From: a virus
Taxonomy: Duplodnaviria > Caudoviricetes
DNA: 39,513 nt
Direction: 5' to 3' (one strand)
IMG/VR virus record: IMGVR_UViG_3300014167_000269
Span: 1-39,513 of that record
Shown: positions 1 through 7,936 of the stretch, piece after piece
Numbering within the stretch: the first letter of the stretch is position 1
How the letters are laid out: every line of letters starts with the position of its first letter
Translations under genes and position numbers: made by a program
The notes under the pieces: model-generated
What the model saw: only the letters and a program-made list of their open reading frames with translations
Told to the model about the DNA's origin: nothing
Database searches by the model: none

Positions 1-528
1 TTATTTGCTCCATAGTCCTCTCGCTTTCAACATTTGCTTCAAGGCCCACCAGACACGGTTGGTGTCGTGTAGTGTGCGCAGAGTGATGTCTGTAGGGGCA
101 ACGCGCGTCTTACCCATCTTCCGAGCCAACGGAGATCGCACCGAGCGCAGCCATGCCTCGTATTGAGCCACTGACCAACCCAGGCGGGTGAGCGCGTTCT
201 GAATGCGGTCCCAGTCTTCCTGCGTGGGCAGCGTGCGCATGTTATCCGCGCCGTCGCGACGGCCCTCGGTACCAGCAGCCTGCGAGTTAGTGCGCGGACG
301 CCGGCGGCGCGGAGTGGGCGCAATGCCGAGACCACCTTGGAGCTGATCGATCAACTTGTGAGCGTCATCTTTCGATAAGTCAGAGAAACTTGTAACTGTT
401 CGGCCGAGCTGCTCGCTGGCCCATGCGATGCGCTCTTCTCTTGAAGTGCCAGCATCCAGCGAGCGAGCGGAAAACTGCGAGTAAAGGACCTGCAGACGCT
501 TGAGCTGCGCGGGAGAAAGCTTAGGCAT
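1..528 (-). CDS. GemA/Mu gp16-like (DUF1018-like) protein
   Basis: Two helical repeats ('SFSDLSKDDAHKLIDQL', 'LHDTNRVWWALKQM') and distal position in a Mu-type early operon. Confidence 0.65.
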   Translation of the reverse strand: MPKLSPAQLKRLQVLYSQFSARSLDAGTSREERIAWASEQLGRTVTSFSDLSKDDAHKLIDQLQGGLGIAPTPRRRRPRTNSQAAGTEGRRDGADNMRTLPTQEDWDRIQNALTRLGWSVAQYEAWLRSVRSPLARKMGKTRVAPTDITLRTLHDTNRVWWALKQMLKARGLWSK

Positions 529-931
529 AATTCATCTCTTTCCGCTCTGCGATCCGCGCCTTCAGCGCCCGCATTTTCGTGTACTTTTCCGATAAAGGCG
601 CGCGTTCCGGATCGACTGGGCATGGATATCCCAATTCGTCCATCTCGTCCCATAATTCGTAAAGGCGCTCGCACTCCCGCGCGTTGCGATTAGGCTTGGC
701 CATTAACTTCTGTGCCTGGCGATCCAATCGCTCATAGGTGAGGCGCAGCTGATGTTCTTCTGCATCCTTCAGGAATCTCTCAGCATCGAGCCATCGGCCG
801 ATGATGGTTTCGAGGACCGCTTCGGGAGACAGCGTTGACAATCGGAGGATTAACTTTTTCCGTCCGCCAAGCCTCTTAGCGCGTTCCTCGCGCTCAGCCC
901 GAACCTGTTTTATCAAGTCTTCGTCGATCAT
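521..931 (-). CDS. hypothetical helical protein
   Basis: 136-aa ORF overlapping both neighbours. Confidence 0.7.
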   Translation of the reverse strand: MIDEDLIKQVRAEREERAKRLGGRKKLILRLSTLSPEAVLETIIGRWLDAERFLKDAEEHQLRLTYERLDRQAQKLMAKPNRNARECERLYELWDEMDELGYPCPVDPERAPLSEKYTKMRALKARIAERKEMNYA

Positions 932-1293
932 CGCGTACCTCGCATTTGGCAGTGGATCAAATCAAGGAGATAGCAGGGCTCGGCTGGCATCCAGCGCCCG
1001 TTGTAACGGAGCAACACGGCCTCACGATCCGTCTGTGATAAGCCGCGCAACGCACGGCGTGCGCGCAGCCAGTCTTCGGCGCGGCGCTTGCGATCAATTT
1101 TGATCTGTTCATTAAAGCGCTTCCGTCGAGTCTCCATCTCCTGCTCTGGCGTAGGTTCGGACGCCTGGGCCTCGGCGATCTGGTCCGCGAAGAGGGGAGC
1201 AGTCTGCTGCTCGCGCCGTTTCCTCCGCTCGATGAACGCGATCTTTCTTGCCGTAACCTGGAACTCATATCGCCCCATGCGCGTGAACTTCAT
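928..1293 (-). CDS. hypothetical basic protein
   Basis: 121-aa ORF with ATGA overlaps on both sides. Confidence 0.7.
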   Translation of the reverse strand: MKFTRMGRYEFQVTARKIAFIERRKRREQQTAPLFADQIAEAQASEPTPEQEMETRRKRFNEQIKIDRKRRAEDWLRARRALRGLSQTDREAVLLRYNGRWMPAEPCYLLDLIHCQMRGTR

Positions 1294-1529
1294 GCGCCCA
1301 CCGCCGCGTGGCTACTGATCGGAACGTACTCTTGCGCCCGAAACTTTCGGCCATAACACCACGCTGCCGGCGAAAGGTGTTGGCTGTGCCAGATGTTCTC
1401 TTTATTGGCTCTGGCTTCGGCTCGCGCCTGCGTCTTATATATGCCGTGGCTCTGCGACATCTCCCACGACTTACCGCCGTCGGCGGAAAACTCCATGATC
1501 CAAATGGACCGCGCTGAGATCTCGCTCAT
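1290..1529 (-). CDS. hypothetical protein
   Basis: 79-aa ORF, ATGA coupling. Confidence 0.65.
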   Translation of the reverse strand: MSEISARSIWIMEFSADGGKSWEMSQSHGIYKTQARAEARANKENIWHSQHLSPAAWCYGRKFRAQEYVPISSHAAVGA

Positions 1530-1768
1530 GCGAACAGCGCTCCTTGCTTCGCCTCGTGCTTGTGGCGCGGGCAGTAGTCGATGTCTTTGTCGCTATGGGT
1601 GGCGCAGTGATCGCAGATTGCGGCGTCGCAAGTTTTGCCGTTCTCGATCTTCGCGTCGCAGAGCTTCGAGGCCGGGCGTTCGTGGCAGAACTCGCACCAG
1701 TTCTTGCGCTTGCCACGGCTGCAGACGATGGCCCAGGTATCGCCGACTTTGACGTGTTCACAGGGCAT
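1526..1768 (-). CDS. Cys-rich putative zinc-finger protein
   Basis: CEFC...CD...CDAAICDHC...YCPRH; coupled to neighbours. Confidence 0.7.
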   Translation of the reverse strand: MPCEHVKVGDTWAIVCSRGKRKNWCEFCHERPASKLCDAKIENGKTCDAAICDHCATHSDKDIDYCPRHKHEAKQGALFA

Positions 1769-2097
1769 CAGCAGTTTCCTTCTCTACAGCGACGCATAAG
1801 GTTGAGTAACTCTTCGACCTTCTTTTCTCCGATAATGAGGCGGACCAGGCCGTGCGTATTGCAGATGTACAGAGCCTCGCAGTGCGAGAGGATGAAGATG
1901 TCGCAGTTGCAGTCCGACCGTTCATGGCATTGATTGCGAATGCGTGCCGCGCGCCAGGCGCGCAGCCGCTGGGAGCGCATCCAGCGCGGAACACGGACCC
2001 GCGGGAAGCGGACACCAATCAAGCTCAGCGTGAGCCAGAGATACCAGAGGCCCACGGCGACAACGCACGCGGTGAGAAACCATGCGCCCGAATCCAT
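1768..2097 (-). CDS. membrane-anchored protein with Cys/His cluster
   Basis: N-terminal TM segment; 'CHERSDCNC...HC...CNTHG'. Confidence 0.65.
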   Translation of the reverse strand: MDSGAWFLTACVVAVGLWYLWLTLSLIGVRFPRVRVPRWMRSQRLRAWRAARIRNQCHERSDCNCDIFILSHCEALYICNTHGLVRLIIGEKKVEELLNLMRRCREGNC

Positions 2098-2492
2098 TAC
2101 CGTTCTCCCGCTGCGCCGATCAGCGCGTAGCCGGCGGCATCATCCCATGGGTTCTCGGCGTCCTGCTTCTTACTGGTGGCGATCCGCATGAACTTGTCGA
2201 AGATCCGCAGCATCAGGCCTGCGTCGCGTGCGCTCGATAAAGGAACGCCGTTGGGCCACAGCAGCCGGAGGAATGCTTCGTATTGCGCAGCGCTGTCTCC
2301 GTAGAGCTGGCGCTTCTCTTCTGCGAGTGCTCCGATCTCCATGCTCTTGAGAAAGAGCTGGCGGCTGCCAATCCCCTTGATTGTTCCGCCAACCGCCATC
2401 GGCAGAAAGATCGGGAAATTACATTCATCGCCCAGAACATGGTTATCGCGCGTCTTGTTGCACTTCACGCAGACATCGATCCATTCCGACAT
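2097..2492 (-). CDS. DUF6378/Nmad1-like all-alpha nucleotide-associated protein
   Basis: 'EEKRQLYGD...DKFMRIA...ENPWDDAAGYALIG' pattern; ATG at 2492 overlaps upstream stop. Confidence 0.55.
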   Translation of the reverse strand: MSEWIDVCVKCNKTRDNHVLGDECNFPIFLPMAVGGTIKGIGSRQLFLKSMEIGALAEEKRQLYGDSAAQYEAFLRLLWPNGVPLSSARDAGLMLRIFDKFMRIATSKKQDAENPWDDAAGYALIGAAGER

Positions 2493-2674
2493 TAGTGCCT
2501 CCCCTTGCACTGCGGGCAGTAGTCTTTGCGGTCCTCGCCTTCGACACGTCGCACCCAGCCGCGCTTCTTCGCCTCGGCGCGCACATCGGCGTGCGACACC
2601 AGAGCGAAGTCGTGAAGGTCCTCGAAGCGCTCTTTGCAGTCATCACATCTAAGTTCGAAAATTTGCACGATCAT
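2492..2674 (-). CDS. small zinc-ribbon protein
   Basis: CDDC...GW...YCPQC. Confidence 0.7.
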   Translation of the reverse strand: MIVQIFELRCDDCKERFEDLHDFALVSHADVRAEAKKRGWVRRVEGEDRKDYCPQCKGRH

Positions 2675-2931
2675 GCGGTCACCTCAACTGGCTCGACGTG
2701 AGTCAGGGCAATGCACCCACTCACACCTGCGAGCCACACGACCGCTGTATGGCCACCAAGGACATGGGCGGCAGAATCAGTCTTGGCGAGCTTTCCTTCG
2801 CCCTCGCGGGCCCCGGTCCAATAACGGACGAGCGTCCCGATAGGGTTGTGTTCGTTGAACTCCTGAACATCGAAATTGGCGAGAGTAAGACGCGACTGCG
2901 GTGACGGCTTCAGTTTGCGTAAGGGCGTCAT
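2671..2931 (-). CDS. hypothetical protein
   Basis: 86-aa ORF, ATGA coupling. Confidence 0.7.
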   Translation of the reverse strand: MTPLRKLKPSPQSRLTLANFDVQEFNEHNPIGTLVRYWTGAREGEGKLAKTDSAAHVLGGHTAVVWLAGVSGCIALTHVEPVEVTA

Positions 2932-3362
2932 GCGGATTCCTTCTCTTTCTTTAGCTCAGCCTGGCCGAGCAGTTCGAGCATGGTGCGCTCGGGTTGCAGG
3001 GCGCGAGCGCGAGCGAACTCTGCAGCTCCCTGGTGAATGTGGTGACGCGAGGCGCGCTGGCGATCTTCGGCCGTGACACAGAGGTAGTAGCCATAAGGAG
3101 GATGGCGGTTGGCGCCGACTGGCACGCCGTGATCCATGAGCAGAGTGCGCGCCAACTGCTTCAACTCGCGCTCGCAGATGTTTAACTGCGCGGCCAGTTC
3201 CTGTCCTGCCCGCGGATTCTGCGGACCTTTGTGGTAGCGGAGGATCAGCAGCAGTTCGCGAGCGTGTGCCTCAAGCGCAGGATCGGCGAGCACCTGTGAG
3301 ATGATCTTCTCCAGGGCTGCCACCGGATCGATTGCGAATGTGAACTGCTGCTGGTCGTTCAA
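2928..3362 (-). CDS. winged-HTH DNA-binding protein
   Basis: 'GQELAAQLNICERELKQLARTL...GVPVG...GYY'; TTG start uncertain. Confidence 0.7.
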   Translation of the reverse strand: MNDQQQFTFAIDPVAALEKIISQVLADPALEAHARELLLILRYHKGPQNPRAGQELAAQLNICERELKQLARTLLMDHGVPVGANRHPPYGYYLCVTAEDRQRASRHHIHQGAAEFARARALQPERTMLELLGQAELKKEKESA

Positions 3363-3476
3363 TCAGTACTCCTCGTCTTCGTCGTCGATGGGGAAGACGG
3401 TGATACCGCTGCCGTCTTCGTACTCGTCGGGCGTCGCTGTTGCTGTGGCTTCGAAGATCGCTTCGTCCTGTGTCAT
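3363..3476 (-). CDS. 37-aa very acidic peptide (below ORF-track cutoff)
   Basis: MTQDEAIFEATATATPDEYEDGSGITVFPIDDEDEEY; AAGGAG 5 nt before ATG; fills the gap between two genes. Confidence 0.7.
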   Translation of the reverse strand: MTQDEAIFEATATATPDEYEDGSGITVFPIDDEDEEY

Positions 3477-3485
3477 CGCAGCTCC

Positions 3486-3872
3486 TTATTTCCAGTGAAT
3501 GATTTGTCCGTTAAAGGGCAGACGATCTGCCCAGAATTCCTTCATCTCCGCGAAATCCTTGAAGCCGTCACGCACGGCCAGCGCTTCGCATTCCGACTCT
3601 GAGAGTTCAACGCCTTCGACAAACACATGCCACTCCGCGCCCCGATGCGAATCGGGATCAAATGGCCGCTGGCTCACCGAAATGGTGATGCTCTCCACTC
3701 GCGTGCACTCGAATCGCCCGAGCAGCCGAGGGTTCTTATGCCGCAGTCCCACGTAAAGATGCAGCGTGTTTCCGGGTTTGTCCGGATTGGCGCGGAGAGC
3801 GCGGATGGTGTGTTTCTTCTCCCCCGCGAGAATGAAGGGCGCAAAGCGCGGCTGGAAGTTATAGAGTCCCAT
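3486..3872 (-). CDS. ASCH domain protein
   Basis: 'FAPFILAGEKKHTIR' (GxKxxTxR) and 'AVRDGF...EMKEFW'. Confidence 0.85.
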   Translation of the reverse strand: MGLYNFQPRFAPFILAGEKKHTIRALRANPDKPGNTLHLYVGLRHKNPRLLGRFECTRVESITISVSQRPFDPDSHRGAEWHVFVEGVELSESECEALAVRDGFKDFAEMKEFWADRLPFNGQIIHWK

Positions 3873-3874
3873 GG

Positions 3875-4093
3875 CTAAACCCCCTGAGCCTTGCTCAGCT
3901 TTTCATTCCAATCCGCTAGGCGCTTTTCGCCTTCGAGCACCTTCTTCAAATCGTTCCAGCGGATTTTGCAGTACAGATTGACTTCGTGCCCCTGCCAGTT
4001 CTTGCACTTCTCGCCCGGCTTCGCCTTGCATTTCCGGCAGGCCATGCGGCGCGGTGATTCTGCGGGTTCGTCGATGTACACGAGCGCGGCCAT
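3875..4093 (-). CDS. small zinc-finger protein
   Basis: 'CRKCKAKPGEKC...C..R'; ATG at 4093. Confidence 0.6.
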   Translation of the reverse strand: MAALVYIDEPAESPRRMACRKCKAKPGEKCKNWQGHEVNLYCKIRWNDLKKVLEGEKRLADWNEKLSKAQGV

Positions 4094-4095
4094 TG

Positions 4096-4437
4096 CTACA
4101 CGTCCGCCGAATCGAGATACGCCTGGAGCGCAATCACCTTGCCCTCGAAGGGCAGCGACTTCAGCATGCGGTCCATCTGTGCTTCCGTGACTCGGAGGGA
4201 AGCTGCAGCGAGGCATGCATGCTGTGCAAGTTCCTGCTCTATGCGCAAGTCGGCGATCTTGTTATCACCGATGAATGCTTCGGCCTTGTCCGCCGAGGCA
4301 GGGTCGATCATCACCGTGATCTTGCTTCCGTTGGCAATGTGCAATGCCGAGGACGACGGAACATCGGCGCCGACGTAGCGGCGGCCGTTCATCATCACCG
4401 CTCCGTTGAGAGTTATGCGTACGGCTTCATCAGGCAT
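4096..4437 (-). CDS. hypothetical protein
   Basis: Start MPDEAV at 4437 with GGAG upstream. Confidence 0.6.
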   Translation of the reverse strand: MPDEAVRITLNGAVMMNGRRYVGADVPSSSALHIANGSKITVMIDPASADKAEAFIGDNKIADLRIEQELAQHACLAAASLRVTEAQMDRMLKSLPFEGKVIALQAYLDSADV

Positions 4438-5068
4438 ATTGGACTCCTGCGTGCAAGGGGGGGATGAGCGTTGAAGTAGCAGCAGCACGCTTTGGAGCTT
4501 TCTTTTTAGAAGCGACGGCAGCTTCTGGCTCGCGGCCGGCGCTCTTTGCTTCCAGGGCCAGGCGCTTAGGATTGGTCGCCGAAAATCCGCACATACAGGG
4601 CGTGCAGAGGCCGGTTTTGCTGGTCGGTTTGACCTTGATCTTTCCGCACTTCGAGCACCAGTGCGCAGTTCCTTCATCGGGCATCGTTTCGTTCTCCTCT
4701 TTGGTTGGCTCCTTGGTTGCGATGGACTGATTGATCCCGAGCGTGGCGTAACCACGCCAGGAAGATTTCGGATTACACACTTTCTTCGGCTCTGGCTCAG
4801 CCTCTGTCGCTTGAACCTCTGTTACCTCGATATGGCGCACCGGAGCGGGACCGGGCATCTCTTCCAGGTCAAGCCCTGGCTCGGGGCGAGGCTCAACGAT
4901 GCCGTGTTTCGCTTTCCAGCGACGAATGCTGATCAGGTCTGTCACGCGCAAGCCTTCGCTCACAATGCAGGTGTCGCAGTAGAACTCATCGTCTTTTGTG
5001 GACCACTGCGCGGGCGTGGTACGGCCCTCCAGGTGGCATGCATGGCAATTGGTGGCTACGGGGTTCAT
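4430..5068 (-). CDS. protein with two zinc-finger-like clusters
   Basis: CHAC...CDTC and CSKC...CTPC. Confidence 0.7.
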   Translation of the reverse strand: MNPVATNCHACHLEGRTTPAQWSTKDDEFYCDTCIVSEGLRVTDLISIRRWKAKHGIVEPRPEPGLDLEEMPGPAPVRHIEVTEVQATEAEPEPKKVCNPKSSWRGYATLGINQSIATKEPTKEENETMPDEGTAHWCSKCGKIKVKPTSKTGLCTPCMCGFSATNPKRLALEAKSAGREPEAAVASKKKAPKRAAATSTLIPPLHAGVQYA

Positions 5069-5457
5069 ACCTGCTCTCCCTGCTCAAAGAGTGGAAGGGA
5101 GCGCAGCGCGTCCGCTCCCAGTTTGCGAAGGCCGCTTGGATTGGAGAGCCGGTAATCGGCGATGCGCTCCGGTTCATCGTCATCCAGGACGGCTTCTGGA
5201 TTGCGCTTCCAGTAGCGGGTAACGCGGGCATTGAAGAAGATCTCATCCCCCTCGTGAAGATTGAGAGCCATAACCTGCTTGCCCGCGAGCATCCATACGT
5301 GATCGGCAACCACCGTGCCGTGCTCGTCTTTGATCGCGAGCAGCAGCACGGTTGGCACGGAGGGATAGTTGCGGCCCGCAGGACGCCGCCCGAAGCGCTT
5401 AAACGTCGCGCTGAACTGGCCTCGACGATTGAGACGCTCGCGCAGTTCCCTACGCAT
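5065..5457 (-). CDS. hypothetical, possible OB-fold protein
   Basis: Start MRREL at 5457; 'DHVW...GDEIFFNARV..Y...DYRLSNP'. Confidence 0.6.
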   Translation of the reverse strand: MRRELRERLNRRGQFSATFKRFGRRPAGRNYPSVPTVLLLAIKDEHGTVVADHVWMLAGKQVMALNLHEGDEIFFNARVTRYWKRNPEAVLDDDEPERIADYRLSNPSGLRKLGADALRSLPLFEQGEQV

Positions 5458-5653
5458 GGGCTTTGCCTTTGCTTTCGCGCCGCTCGCGACGACGCAGCAC
5501 GCGATCGGCATGAGCCTTGCTGCAGGACTTGTGTCCCACGCCCTGGTGACGCGAGCGCCGCTCCCGCACGGATGGAGGAACGCCGGCGACATTGGTGCAG
5601 CAAAGAATGCGCGCTCCGCAGTTGCAGTACTCGGTGACGGTGCGAGTGCTCAT
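5450..5653 (-). CDS. small basic Cys/His protein
   Basis: 'CNCG...H...GH..C'; ATG overlaps upstream TGA. Confidence 0.55.
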   Translation of the reverse strand: MSTRTVTEYCNCGARILCCTNVAGVPPSVRERRSRHQGVGHKSCSKAHADRVLRRRERRESKGKAHA

Positions 5654-5871
5654 CAGGCACACCTCGTGCCGTCGGGTAACGCTTCCGCTGCCGGCTGCTG
5701 GCGCTCAGGTTGGCGCAGGTAATCGCAGATCATGCACAACGTCTGGCCCTCGCGATTGACGAAGTTGAAGCGCGGCTTGCCGCATCCCCCGCACACGCCG
5801 GCGGGGCGGACGATGATGGTCACCGCGCTGCCAACCATGTAGTAATAAAGACCGCTGGTATCGGGCTCCAT
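5653..5871 (-). CDS. small zinc-finger protein
   Basis: CGGC...CMIC. Confidence 0.65.
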   Translation of the reverse strand: MEPDTSGLYYYMVGSAVTIIVRPAGVCGGCGKPRFNFVNREGQTLCMICDYLRQPERQQPAAEALPDGTRCA

Positions 5872-6104
5872 CAGTTCACCGTTCCTGTACCTGCCGAGGC
5901 CGTAAGACGCTCGACCTTCATGCTCTGCAGGTTGCCATTGGCGGCCACCGTCTTCAGCAGTTTGATCGCGATGCGCTGCGCCGAAGTGAGCGAGGCGTTG
6001 TCGGGATCCAATGGATCGAAATAGCTGTCTCCCTCCATTACGACAATCACTGGAGAGAGGGAGTCTTCGGCGGCATCTTCAAGCACGAACGTGACCCTCG
6101 CCAT
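5871..6104 (-). CDS. hypothetical protein
   Basis: Start MARVTF at 6104 coupled to upstream stop. Confidence 0.6.
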   Translation of the reverse strand: MARVTFVLEDAAEDSLSPVIVVMEGDSYFDPLDPDNASLTSAQRIAIKLLKTVAANGNLQSMKVERLTASAGTGTVN

Positions 6105-6325
6105 TAATTGCCTGCTTTCTGGGCGGTCCGAGCTTCGTCTTCTCCGCGCTTCATGGCGTCGAGCTTGGTGTGCACCATGAGGAAGTGCATTGCTTTTAGA
6201 GCCAGCTTCTCGGCTTTGGTGGAAGCCCCGTTGTCGATTGCAAGGGACGAAGACGCTTGTATGCACACCTCGCCCCGAGGGTCGTTCGGGGTATCCGTGA
6301 ATGTGATCGTGACCGTGGCCATCAC
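6104..6325 (-). CDS. hypothetical protein
   Basis: 73-aa coupled ORF. Confidence 0.6.
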   Translation of the reverse strand: MMATVTITFTDTPNDPRGEVCIQASSSLAIDNGASTKAEKLALKAMHFLMVHTKLDAMKRGEDEARTAQKAGN

Positions 6326-6900
6326 TGGCCGCCTTTCTTGGCTTTTGCCTTGCGTGACTTCTTCGCAGGCTTTTCGACGATGCGTTTCACCTTCAGGCTT
6401 GGAGCTTTCTTGGTGGTAGAAAAGCAGCGGGAGAATAGCTTCTGTACCTTCTCAGTCAGCCGCTTCGGCATACCGGCAGCGAGGATCGCGAGCGCCGCAC
6501 CCTTTACCTGCTCGTGCCGGGTACGCTGTTTGAACAGGTTCCAGAAGACGGCATCAAAGTTGTTGGTCTCAAGCGCTTCCTTCAAATCCTGCACGCGCGA
6601 TTCGTCAATATTGGTTGTGTTGCCGGCGGTCACGGTGAGGAAGGTGAACTTACCATCGAGGCGGCGAGAGTTCTCCGCTTTCGGTGGCACGACCCCGAAA
6701 CTCTGCACCAGCTTGATGGCCTCGGTCTCGATCACATCGAGAGCTTTCTTGGCGTCCTTGAAAGCCTTGTCGGCGGCGAAGTACTTCTCCGCGAGTTCGT
6801 CGACCTGGTCGGGCGTGGGCCGCACAGGAGCTGCCGGCGGCGCAGCGATATCTGCAGGAGCGGGCAGAGCATTAACAGGGGTAACGGCAAGTTCAGACAT
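6322..6900 (-). CDS. coiled-coil protein, possibly Gam/DUF3164-like
   Basis: AAAGGA SD before ATG 6900; N-terminal coiled coil then beta region; position after MuB. Family call is positional only. Confidence 0.4.
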   Translation of the reverse strand: MSELAVTPVNALPAPADIAAPPAAPVRPTPDQVDELAEKYFAADKAFKDAKKALDVIETEAIKLVQSFGVVPPKAENSRRLDGKFTFLTVTAGNTTNIDESRVQDLKEALETNNFDAVFWNLFKQRTRHEQVKGAALAILAAGMPKRLTEKVQKLFSRCFSTTKKAPSLKVKRIVEKPAKKSRKAKAKKGGQ

Positions 6901-7118
6901 CAGTTGGTTCCTTTCATGCGAACGGGAAGCTTGAATAGATTGGGTGTCTTCGAGAGCCACGCGTGAACATGCAGTAATCCGAGTGCGAAGCCGACAAAGG
7001 CCAGCGATGGAACAAGGAATGCCAGGTTGAACAGCCCGGTAACAAAGCGGCTTGCCGCTTCGACCGTGCTCCTCAGCTCAGCCAGGCAGTGATCGAGGAT
7101 GGGCTCAACGTCCGCCAT
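6900..7118 (-). CDS. small membrane protein
   Basis: Hydrophobic segment 'LFNLAFLVPSLAFVGFALGLL'. Confidence 0.55.
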   Translation of the reverse strand: MADVEPILDHCLAELRSTVEAASRFVTGLFNLAFLVPSLAFVGFALGLLHVHAWLSKTPNLFKLPVRMKGTN

Positions 7119-7309
7119 CAGCGGCCTCCGGAACGTCGCGCGTAGCGGCGTGCATAGCGGCCAAAACGAATTGCCTTGCGCTCGACCCAGTCGATTCCAC
7201 GACAGTCCTGGTCTTCAAAGGAGATGACGTACCTTCCTCCAAATCCGGGAACTCTGAAAATGCATTCGAGCCAGAGATAGTCGTAATGCACTAGAAGGTT
7301 CGCCATCAT
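7118..7309 (-). CDS. hypothetical protein
   Basis: 63-aa ORF with GGAGGT SD. Confidence 0.6.
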   Translation of the reverse strand: MMANLLVHYDYLWLECIFRVPGFGGRYVISFEDQDCRGIDWVERKAIRFGRYARRYARRSGGR

Positions 7310-7404
7310 TTACCTCCAGCCAGTGAGCGTGCACAGGCGTAGACGGTGTAAAGAAGTCCCCAGATCGGGACAGAGATGGCGATGGCCACGAAGAGGCCTT
7401 TCAT
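7306..7404 (-). CDS. 32-aa single-TM peptide (below ORF-track cutoff)
   Basis: MKGLFVAIAISVPIWGLLYTVYACARSLAGGK; ATGA overlaps at both ends. Confidence 0.6.
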   Translation of the reverse strand: MKGLFVAIAISVPIWGLLYTVYACARSLAGGK

Positions 7405-7553
7405 CGCGCCACGGCTAACAGCAGGTGCACGATCAGGAATGCGGCGAACAGCACCAGGAACAGAGTGCATAGAGTTGCCTCCATTGCGCGGTAGCGCGGG
7501 TGGCGTCCAATACGGCGGACAGTGCGGAGCATCCAGGCGTCAAGGTTTCTCAT
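7401..7553 (-). CDS. 50-aa single-TM peptide
   Basis: MRNLDAW...TLFLVLFAAFLIVHLLLAVAR; ATGA overlap. Confidence 0.6.
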   Translation of the reverse strand: MRNLDAWMLRTVRRIGRHPRYRAMEATLCTLFLVLFAAFLIVHLLLAVAR

Positions 7554-7936
7554 CGGCTTTCCCTCATCGCCTTCAGCCATGCGACGGCCTCGACGTAATA
7601 CACAGAGAGGCCGCGCGGCAAGCCTTCGTAGAGCAGCGCGCTCATCTCCCAGGGCAGCAACCGCCAGCAGATTGGGCATAGCATCTGGCGTCGGCTCTTG
7701 AGGCCTCCGCACAGGCAGCGGTGGCTGACCAGAGCTCGCAAAGTGTCCACCTGCAGCGCGCGGTATTGTTCCCGGCACGCAGGCGCGGAGCAGATAGTGT
7801 TGCGCGGATCGGTCCAGTAGCAGCGCTGCGGAGTCGGCAGCGCGTCCGGGAAGATGCAGGCGTTCTCATAGGTGCAACCGCAATACCGGCAGACGCCGCG
7901 AGGAGCCTGGAACTGCTCGACGGGAGGCTTAGGCAT
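7550..7936 (-). CDS. double zinc-finger protein
   Basis: CRYCGCT...C...CYW...CSAPAC and CLCG...CPIC; GGAGG SD before ATG 7936. Confidence 0.7.
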   Translation of the reverse strand: MPKPPVEQFQAPRGVCRYCGCTYENACIFPDALPTPQRCYWTDPRNTICSAPACREQYRALQVDTLRALVSHRCLCGGLKSRRQMLCPICWRLLPWEMSALLYEGLPRGLSVYYVEAVAWLKAMRESR

